Source of the DNA: Octopus sinensis | Lineage: Eukaryota | Length of the DNA: 30,178 bases | Assembly (NCBI RefSeq): GCF_006345805.1 | Contig: NW_021832642.1 | Coordinates: forward strand, 1 to 30,178 | Reading direction: 5' to 3' | Shown: positions 21,843 through 30,178 of the stretch, piece after piece | How the letters are laid out: every line of letters begins with the position of its first letter | Position numbering within the stretch: the first letter of the stretch is position 1 | Translations under genes and position numbers: made by a program | The notes under the pieces: generated by a model | What the model was told of the DNA's origin: nothing | Seen by the model: the letters and a program-made list of their open reading frames with translations, nothing else | Databases searched by the model: none

Positions 21843-22064
21843 AAGGCGGCGAGCTGGCAGAAGCGTTAGCACGCTGGGCGAAATGCTTTGCAGTATTTCG
21901 TCTGCCGTTACGTTGTGAGTTCAAATTTCGCCGAGGTCGACTTTGCCTTTCATCCTTTCGGGGTCGATAAATTAAGCACCAGTTACGCACTGAGGTCGAT
22001 ATAATCGACTTAATACCTATGTCTGTCCTTGTTTAGCCCCTTGTGGGTAATAAAGAAATAGGTA
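21843..22064 (+). mobile_element. tRNA-derived SINE with a conserved central domain
   Basis: GGCGAGCTGGCAGAAGCGTTAG head, GAGTTCAAATT B-box-like, core GCCTTTCATCCTTTCGGGGTCGATAAATTAAG, (TAT/TAA)n tail. Confidence 0.85.
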
Positions 22065-22399
22065 TTATTATTAATAGTAATAATAGTGATGGTAATAGTA
22101 ATGATAATAATGGTAATATTAATGGCATTTTGTAACTTAATATAATGAACTCTTGACTTTGTATATGTACATTTGCATATGGATATGTGTATGTTTGTAT
22201 ATTGTAATATTCTAATATATTGATTTGACTAAATGTAACCTTGTATATATGTATGTATATTATTATGTATATACGTGTATATATATATAGGAGCATGGGT
22301 ATTGCACTTATAGTATGTGTATATTATATATTATGTGTATGTACCCATTCTTGTATGGGTGTACCTTCTCTGATATTCATATTTAGATTGTACTTTATA

Positions 22400-22526
22400 A
22401 TCTCTGAAGAGGCCTTGGGATATATTTGTATGTGTCTCATTTATAACCACCTATTAACTTATCACACCTGGCTAATATGAGCATAATTTGATACTCATAT
22501 CTACATGGCTGAAACAGCTGTAAGAT
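22400..22526 (+). ncRNA. Type I hammerhead ribozyme motif with intact core and enlarged helix II (Penelope-type)
   Basis: ATCT - CTGAAGA (22404-10) - GGCC ...92 nt... GGCT - GAA - ACAGCTGT palindrome - A17 (GUA triplet 22520-22) - AGAT. Confidence 0.7.
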
Positions 22527-22671
22527 GTAGTTTATATTTATTTATACATATTGTACTTATTGTATCATATTACTCATTGATGTGCATTGTTTTGTTCTAT
22601 ACTATTATGTGATTGGTATTATCTGGTAGTTGATTATTGATTAAGGTGTATTTCTCATTTTCTTATTTTGT

Positions 22672-22720
22672 ATAATATATATATATATGTATTTGTGTAT
22701 GTATGTATGTATGTATGTGT

Positions 22721-22793
<73 letters not shown>

Positions 22794-22881
22794 ATTATAT
22801 ATATATATATGTATGTATATGTGTGTGTGTATATATATATATATATGTATGTATGTGTATATATATATATATATATGTATG

Positions 22882-22918
<37 letters not shown>

Positions 22919-22965
22919 GTATGTATGTATTTTATATTTATATTTATATATATATATATATCTAT
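22672..22965. repeat. Long (TA)n/(TATG)n compound microsatellite
   Basis: Direct inspection. Comparable tracts occur at 1068-1090, 1335-1388, 16000-16068, 21290-21350, 26745-26795 and 28622-28666. Confidence 0.95.
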
Positions 22966-23101
22966 ACATACACACATGTATAATATGTATATGTGTGTAT
23001 GTAATTATTGATGTAATTAGGCTATAATGACCCAATTACATTTGTTTTAATTAATCTGATTATAATTATTTTTTTTCCTTTCCTCTTTCTATAACTTTCA
23101 G

Positions 23102-23138
23102 TCAACACTATCATATGGTGGCTTCAATGCTGGCCCAG
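23102..23138 (+). CDS. 37-nt exon E4 (phase 2 to 0), second helix of an ankyrin repeat
   Basis: Strong pyrimidine tract plus TTCAG acceptor, CAG|GTTAGT donor. AA+T = Asn then QHYHMVASMLAQ, bridging E3 and E5 exactly in frame. Confidence 0.8.
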
Positions 23139-23989
23139 GTTAGTTAACAAATACATAATTATATCTTGTCTATAATATTCAATATTAATATCATCAAAAT
23201 ACCAGTGAAATTCTGGTGGGTTGGTTTAATCAACTTCATTGCAGCAGCCTTTAAACGGCAGGTCTTGGGTCTGTGAAGAATAATTATATTGGTGATAACA
23301 ATGATGACAGTAGTAGTGGGTGTTGACAGTCCAACTGACCACCACTGTTGACAGTACTATCTTCATGGTCAGACAAACAAGTTCATTATGAATTCAACCA
23401 ACCATATATATCAGATTATATATATACTATCATCATCATCATCATCTTTTAATATCGCTCTGTCATGTTGTATGTGTGTGTGATATGTTATATATGTACA
23501 TTGTTGGTGTCGGCATTTTATCTTGTGTCCAATAATTTATTTGGCTACTTTTTCCTCTCTGTACATATGTATAAATGTCTATGTATGTGTGTATATATAT
23601 ATATATATGTATGTATATGTTTATGTACACACAGAGTTATTCGTACCAGACACATTGCATGCTGAGATTATGCAGCAGAGAAAAGTTAAAAGTCCTTGTC
23701 CCCAGCAACAAAGCTAAATGAGGGTACGCTGCACTCAGTCCCTATTGCTTCGTTAATCCATTACCATCAATACATGATGAATCAACTTCCCTTGTCCTCT
23801 CCCTACCTAATTCAACGGATTAACTACCCTTACTGTATTTGTCTACCTAACTTATTTACCTGTATTTGTATTAACATTGCATTGCATGAATGCCAGGATG
23901 CGGCACCCTCCACTGCTGGTGGTGACAATACCTGATTAACTCCTATTTACAGGTGTCCATAAACAACCTTTTCAGACGCTGATAGCTGC

Positions 23990-25025
23990 AGTCAATGTAG
24001 GCACAGCAACAATCATCTCGTCCTATGCGCTCCTCCCCAACACACACAGACAACTGGTCTGCCAATGAACTGAAGGGCTACTTCTATGACACTCTTCTGC
24101 TGGCCAATTCAAAGATAAATGACTGTGACCTTATCTTCGTGGCCAGTGATTTCAATGGATATTTTGGGCAGCACCGAGGTATCTTCCATGGGGGACGCAG
24201 ATTTGGTTCCTGAAATGAGGGGAGTGCAAGGCTACTGGAGTTCTGTGGTGCAAATGACCAAATAATCGCAACACTTGCTTCAGAAAGCCGGCCAGCCACT
24301 TGATAACCTATAAATCCAAGGTACATGCTCACCAAATTGACTACATTCTCACCCAAAAGCAGGATTCATGTCTGCTCATAAATGCAAAGGCCTTCAATAG
24401 AGAAGAATGTAGCTCACAGCATAGGTTACTCATTAGGGAGTTCAAGCTACTGGCTTGAAGATTCAAGAAGCAAGCCAGTTTGGAAAAGAAGAGTATGGAA
24501 GCTGAAGGAACCTTCAATTAGTCAGAAATTTAGTGATGTCCTCAATGAAGCATATAATGGGAAGGAGGAGAATTTCAGACTTGCAGCATTGAGGATAAGT
24601 GGAAGTTCCAATGGGACAACTTGCTGAGAGTTTCAGACCAAATTTGTGGCTGGTGCAATGTCCCAGCCAGGCGTAGGGTGATGTGGTGGTGGAAAAGGGT
24701 AATTGACAGGGACAAGGATGGAAGGTGGTGGCAGCTGGGAGTTGTATCTGGCAGTTAGAAAGGAAGCTAGGAAGCAGGTATACTCAGCCATGAGTGAAGC
24801 AGAAAGGAAGAAGTTTGCCAATGTCTTGCAATGTGAGACCAGAGATTTGAAGTGTTTTGGCTTACCAAGGAAAATTGTGATGTTGTAGGAGAGAAGTGTG
24901 TTCACTTGGATGATGGCTCCGTTGCAGTTAGTGACTCTGCAAAGAAATAGGCTTGGAAGTGCCACTATGAAAGGCTCCTAAATGTAGAGAACGCGTGAGA
25001 GAAGGAGAGGCTGTCTAAAGTGGAT
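23990..25025 (+). mobile_element. Degenerate RTE LINE apurinic endonuclease and linker region
   Basis: TIISSYA..., IFVASDFNG, RLLEFC, FRKPASHLITY, QIDYIL, RRVWKLKEP, YLAVRKEARKQVY, HYERLLNVEN across frames. Confidence 0.85.
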
Positions 25026-25724
25026 CCAAGAGATCTGTTTGTTTTTTTTAGTTGTTCGAAGAAAAGTTCATTTCTATGTTTTCGTTTCTCATTGTGTTCG
25101 TTTTTTTTATGTCTTGTACCCATATATGCATGTATATATATACATATATATATATGTAGGTATGTACATATATTTATGTATATATGCATATATTTATATA
25201 TTATATATATATTTTCAGTGGCAATTTTGATTGTTATATGAATATGTGTGTGTGTGTATATATATGTGTGTGTGTGTGCATGTTACATCCATAACGTTAA
25301 TATATTTATACATCTGTATGTACAGTGATGTAAGGATGTGGACACTAACCAACTCCCCCGTTTTATGGATCCCTTATTAACATAGCAACATGAAAGGCTT
25401 ACATTAAGTATATAATTCGTCTTTACTAGACTTGATCTGCTAATTATATTTTCACTCTTGTTCTAGTCCCCTAAAACATACTATATAGTGAGGGATACAT
25501 GAAGATGAGGCTGAAACAATCTGTTTATGACATCTTAATAGATTTATCATGTCCTTAACAAATATCCATAGCGTGTTATAGAGGGACCTTACAGAAGGTT
25601 GACTACACTAACAAACATCAAATGTACATGATCAGGTTGATCAAGTACCCAGTAGAAGACAGCAATGACACATCCACCCTAATTTTCATGTACATTTTCA
25701 ATTTCTATTTTTACTTCCACAAAG

Positions 25725-25934
25725 GATTCAGTGAAACTGGATATTGAGAACAATGATAAAAGAACACCCTTACTGGACGCCGTGTCTGAAGCGCACATCG
25801 GAATAGTCCACAAACTTACCACGTGCGGTGCAAACATGAATGCCGTCGACAAGGATGGCAATAATTGTTTGCATATTGCAGCAGAGAAAGAGGAATTTCG
25901 TTCTGAGAAGGAACATATTACCATTTTAGATGAG
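25725..25934 (+). CDS. Ankyrin-repeat exon E5 (phase 0 to 0)
   Basis: Acceptor AG at 25723-24, GAG|GTAAGT donor at 25935. Encodes DSVKLDIENNDKRTPLLDAVSEAHIGIVHKLTTCGANMNAVDKDGNNCLHIAAEKEEFRSEKEHITILDE, resembling MIB2 PLHLAVQQAHVGLV...VNAEDEEGDTALHVA (compared from memory). Confidence 0.9.
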
Positions 25935-25969
25935 GTAAGTTTTTAAAATTGTTTGTGAATGTGTGTGTG

Positions 25970-26115
25970 TGGTTGGCATTAGATAGGGCATCCAACCACA
26001 GAAACCATGCCAAAACTGGCAATTGGACCCTGAGCTGCTCTGCAGTTGGCCAGCCCTTGCTGAACCATTGAACCCACACCAGCATGGAAAATGGACATTA
26101 AATGATGATGAGGAG
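25970..26115 (+). mobile_element. RTE-tail / SINE 3' fragment
   Basis: GGCATTAG..AGGGCATCCA.CC..AGAAAC ... AGCATGGAAAATGGACATTAAATGATGATGA matches the tail at 2545-2668. Confidence 0.7.
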
Positions 26116-26737
26116 GATGAGTAGAAGTGTGAGCTTGTGTGTGTGTAAGATAAAGAGAGAGAAATAGAGAAACGGGCAGACATTGCTTGCCATGTCTATT
26201 CACTCCCATCCACCTCTCTTCCATTAGTATTAAGTAATCCAGTCAATCCAGATAACCCTAGTTATATTATGTAACTAACTATATTCCCATTCCATCTCCT
26301 TTCCCCTCGAAGGCATGCTCTCTCCCCTGTAAAGGAGGTAACCCATCTTGTTGGCTATATAACACAGCCATCACAGTGTGAAGGAAAGGTGACCAATGAC
26401 AAAGAGGAGACATTCCCAATAACAATGAAACAGGGAGGAGGAGAGGTCTGTGGGACATGATAGACGATAACCTTTTAATGCTGGTGCCATGATAATGCAT
26501 CCAGACCATTCTGGGAAGAATCTTCCCGAAAAGACTCTTTATCACCCATCTTGCACACAATGTGTATCCACTGGTTTCCTGTAGACATGTCATCAGAATG
26601 TTCAATGTTAGAACACTAGAGAATGGATACAATGAAGGAAGGTCCTTGGTGTGTTTTTCCTGTATGTAGGTTGTGTATGTTCAACTACATATTTTATCTG
26701 TCTCTGTCTGTCTCTCTCTCTCTCTTCTTTTCCATCC

Positions 26738-26784
<47 letters not shown>

Positions 26785-27739
26785 ATATATTATATAAACA
26801 AATGCATCAACATGTATCCATCGGGAGATCTGATGGTATATATTGTCTACTGTTTCAGAATTCAACCGACTCTTTGATTCCCATATAAATAAAGGTCACT
26901 ACTGATATGTGACTCTATTTCAGACATTTGATGATCATATGTAAATTGTAGTAATGTCTACTTTGGTGAGAAGAAGCCACTCTTGCAGTCAGCTACCCAC
27001 CCAACTGGAACTGTCTAACAGTTTGAGCAGTTTATTAACTATAATGTGTTGGTGTGCTGCCTCAACTGTGACACTAATTCTTACTTCCTTTACTTCACCT
27101 TCATTATCCAAAGATGTTTCTTTATTAATTATGGAAACGTTGTTATTTTTGGATATGTCTGTGTGGTGTTGCTTTTGTTGTTGTGTCTGTTCTAAGTATT
27201 CTCAGTTCTCATGTAACTTGTTTGCTGTCATGTTGTTGTGTTATATTTATATATACAATACTCCTCCATATTTCTTGTGTGATGGCCATTTATGGATTCA
27301 CCAAGCTAGTTGAATAGATAGTTTGTTGTGTTCTAATATTTGTGATGTTTGTTCCATTATATTCCATATATTTGACTTGATGCTATGATTTGGTTTTAAA
27401 TTGTTTTTTATTGAATATCTTGTGATATTTGTGATTGGCAAATGATTATTTACGCATTAATTACCAATAAACTTGATGTTAATCAGTAATGTTTGTTCTG
27501 TTTAATATAATGACCATATATATAAAATATGTCATAATGTTGAGAATAGGCTAAAAGCAAATGAAAATGGGAAATGGATTCAATTAGAGATGATGTCGGA
27601 ACTTAATATTGTGCAATCAGTTTAAGCGCTAGAGATACAAACTATTTGTATACGTAGTTGAACTGTTGTGTAATTTGGGTATCTACGAAGTATATTTGTG
27701 AAATATTGTAATCATCATTTTATACTTTGTCATTTGTAG

Positions 27740-27918
27740 TGCTGTGCTAAGCTTGGGTTGCCGATCGAAAAGAGGCTCTCTTGTGTTGGAGTCACTTGCT
27801 ATCTAGCCCACCAGGGGGCCAACTTGTACAGGAAAAATAATAAGAATGTAGCTCCATTGGACCTCATTGAGGATGCAGATTTGAAAGAAAAATTTAAAGT
27901 ATTATTCCCCCCACCACA
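27740..27918 (+). CDS. Exon E6 (phase 0 to 2), end of the Mind bomb-type ankyrin region; absent from the ORF track
   Basis: tttgtcatttgtag acceptor, GTAAGT donor at 27919. Encodes CCAKLGLPIEKRLSCVGVTCYLAHQGANLYRKNNKNVAPLDLIEDADLKEKFKVLFPPP, matching the Mind bomb motif ACFLAxxGADxxxxNxKGxSPLDL that precedes the RING fingers. Confidence 0.88.
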
Positions 27919-28359
27919 GTAAGTATTCATTGGCAGTGACAGTTTATTTTCTATTTTGTATATAATCATGTTTATGTTTGTTTAATTTTAATTCTACCAA
28001 TACATTATACTGCCATAGTGTCTTGATCAAAGGCCACACAACAATAGTATGAAGAACAATAAACAAAATGCAGTTGTCATGTGATCCAATGAAGAGCACT
28101 GTTTTGGTTGGTAGTTGTACCTCACTGTCTACCACCACCCATCTACCTTTCTTAGTTCCCTATTTTAAAGATTTGTGACCAATAAGAAAATGTAGAACTA
28201 AACAGTGAAGTGAATGAACAGATTTTGAAGTTGTTACATGAAAACAAATGGAATTTATCTGTCTACCAACATGTTCTCTCTCTTCTCTGTTCCAATCATT
28301 TCATTATTATGAAAGGTTTCGTAAGAATAAACTACACACCCAAACGTGTGTGTATATAT

Positions 28360-28615
28360 ATCATCAACATCATTATCACATTGCTTAACGTCCGTTTCCA
28401 TCCTGGCATGAGTTGGATGGTTTGAAAGGGAGCCCGCCAGAAGTCTACACCAAACTTCTGTCTGTTTTGGCATGCCCAGCAGAGTGGACTGAGTAACACC
28501 AGCGGAGACAAGGCCAGTTTTGGAATGGTTTTTACAGCTGGATGTCCTTCCAAATGCCAGCCATTTTACAGTGTGGACTGGATGCTTTTTATGTGGCGCC
28601 AGCACTGGCACGGTC
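28360..28615 (-). mobile_element. RTE-tail / SINE 3' fragment
   Basis: Reverse complement carries GGAAGGACATCCAGCTGTAAAACC ... GGATGGAAACGGACGTTAAG and an (ATG)n-like tail, matching 2500-2668. Confidence 0.7.
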
Positions 28616-28620
28616 ACCAA

Positions 28621-28668
<48 letters not shown>

Positions 28669-29239
28669 CGCACACAGACACACACATATTTCTGTTAATA
28701 TTGCTAGAACCTGACACAACTCATCACAGAATAAAATTGCCAGGAAACATTAATCGTTCTGGTAACACCTATACCATTCTTAGTCTTTTAGGCTTCTTGG
28801 TCACATTAGACTCCTGTATTTCATAAGTTTTAGCTGTTACTTTGCCATATATTTGTTAGCTGCTGATGAACAAGACACATTATTCTCTGTGAGAATATGC
28901 ATAACTTTCTTTGTCTGTTGAAATTCAGATATTGTCTTTAGATGTTGATTTCTGAACTGTATAAATATAGCTCTGTTTTATCCGATAGACAAGCATTGGT
29001 TGGACTTATTTATTAGCAAATAATCTTTTATGCAAATATTGTAATAACATAATGTATACAGAGCTGAGGTGTACTACAACTTACTGGGAAAGGGTAAAAG
29101 AGGGGATGGAAAGCAGTACTTAGTCAAGTAAAGAAAGACCGTTATGAAAGCTAGGAGTACATGCACGATACATAGAATAAAACACAAAAAACAGAAAGGC
29201 TAACAGTAAAAGAGGCATAAAAAGGTACATCAGGAGTGT

Positions 29240-29990
29240 AGTGGTCTATGTAGCTAAATAGTTGAATGATCTCCCTTGCAAGAAAGCCTATAGAGTAACC
29301 TCCCTTCACTAAGTTTCTCGCAGCATCTGTGTCATAAGATGTGATTCTTAATTATTCAAGTATCTTAGCGTTTCTCTTGGAAGTTTCTAGAATATCTAGC
29401 ATTCCATTCATAAAAACAGCTTGCTAACCCTGCTCTTTGCTTCTTAGTCGATTAGACTTAGAGCCATTCACGTCATTGCTATGTCTGTCTGTTTCTCTAC
29501 ACCACATGGCTAAAAACCACCACTTGGCTATTATTTCTATATTTCCTATCTCTGAACTTTCTTGGATAGATTATTTCATTCAACTAGATGCTACATATTA
29601 ATTCTGTGTATCGTCATAGACCAGTAAATAAAGTATATTTCTCCGTAGTAAATATATAGGTCTTGAATTTATTCTTCATCTCTTTATGAACTCTTGTAAA
29701 TAACATACACGCAGCCACATCAACACCTTGTACTGGCTATATATCCTCGGTAAGAAAAGAATATTTTGAAGGATGCCGTATCCTTACAGCTAACAGCTGA
29801 CTCAGGTGGTTTGTTGTGTGCTTAAATAATTCTGAGTGAGATAAAGTATTTCGTAAAGTCATGGGTGCTGCACTGTTTTTTATTTTAATTTTATAAGAAT
29901 GTCTGCTGCTGGCTGAGATTTTGAATTCAAAAATGTTGCCAAAGTTGTTGTTGTTGGCAAGATTATGTTTACACCTAAGGGATTATACCA
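29240..29990 (-). mobile_element. Very old RTE-like LINE RT C-terminal remnant
   Basis: Across frames: LGVNI..NNNNF..KISA, WWFLAMVCRETDR (compare RWFGHVCRM), RSK..MNGMLDILE, DAARNLV (compare DRxxWRxLV). Heavily decayed. Confidence 0.45.
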
Positions 29991-30178
29991 GATTAGCTGC
30001 TAGACTTCAAAACTTTAGTGTGCTGATACCCAGAGAAACAATACATTCAGTATATGGTGACTAACAGAGAGTATTTGCCTGGTTTGGAGATCAGATTGAA
30101 GCAAAGGTATTAGCATCTAATAAGATGTCAATACCCAAAGAAGGGATATATTCAAGATATGGTAACTAACGAGAGCAT

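Noticed and set aside
1091-22064. tRNA-like A/B boxes at 1091, 5384, 9826, 13796 and 21843 as tRNA genes
   Set aside because: No complete cloverleaf; each continues into a SINE body and tail.
26290-26632. 117-aa minus-strand ORF and a possible HDV-like ribozyme or LINE 5' UTR
   Set aside because: No recognisable protein motif, and I could not build the nested double pseudoknot by eye.
3823-28826. Dozens of ORF-track peptides rich in YI, CV, HT or LS repeats (for example 3823-4123, 8739-9656, 10066-10399, 19193-19680, 22655-23035)
   Set aside because: They are translations of TA/CA/GA microsatellites, which lack stops in some frames; not genes.
27919-30178. Search for the next phase-2 RING-finger exon
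   Set aside because: No AG-flanked frame with a CxxC RING pattern was found. The candidate near 29897 hits a stop or gives a non-RING peptide. The exon probably lies beyond the window.

Overview
AT-rich, microsatellite-dense eukaryotic DNA, most likely an octopod cephalopod (inferred from SINE/LINE families and TA/CA tracts, not proven). One + strand multi-exon gene crosses the window: a Mind bomb-2 (MIB2)-like ankyrin-repeat gene. Six well-supported coding exons (14106-14260, 16959-17114, 17882-18138, 23102-23138, 25725-25934, 27740-27918) and a candidate first exon (10550-10640) encode about 8 ankyrin repeats; the gene probably continues past the window. Two junctions are 1 nt out of phase, each next to a homopolymer (assembly error or pseudogene). 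The rest is transposon-derived: RTE, CR1/L2 and R4/Dong-type LINE fragments, tRNA-derived SINEs, a young Merlin-like MITE with a perfect 8-bp TSD, a hAT-like MITE and several long foldback elements. The most unusual signals are two intronic type I hammerhead ribozyme motifs on the gene's sense strand: one with an intact core and a 92-nt expanded helix II (22400-22526), and one with a G8A-decayed core inside a 360-bp direct-repeat unit resembling a retrozyme or Penelope pseudo-LTR (15551-16004). No rRNA, true tRNA or CRISPR array was seen. Most ORF-track entries are microsatellite or antisense artefacts.
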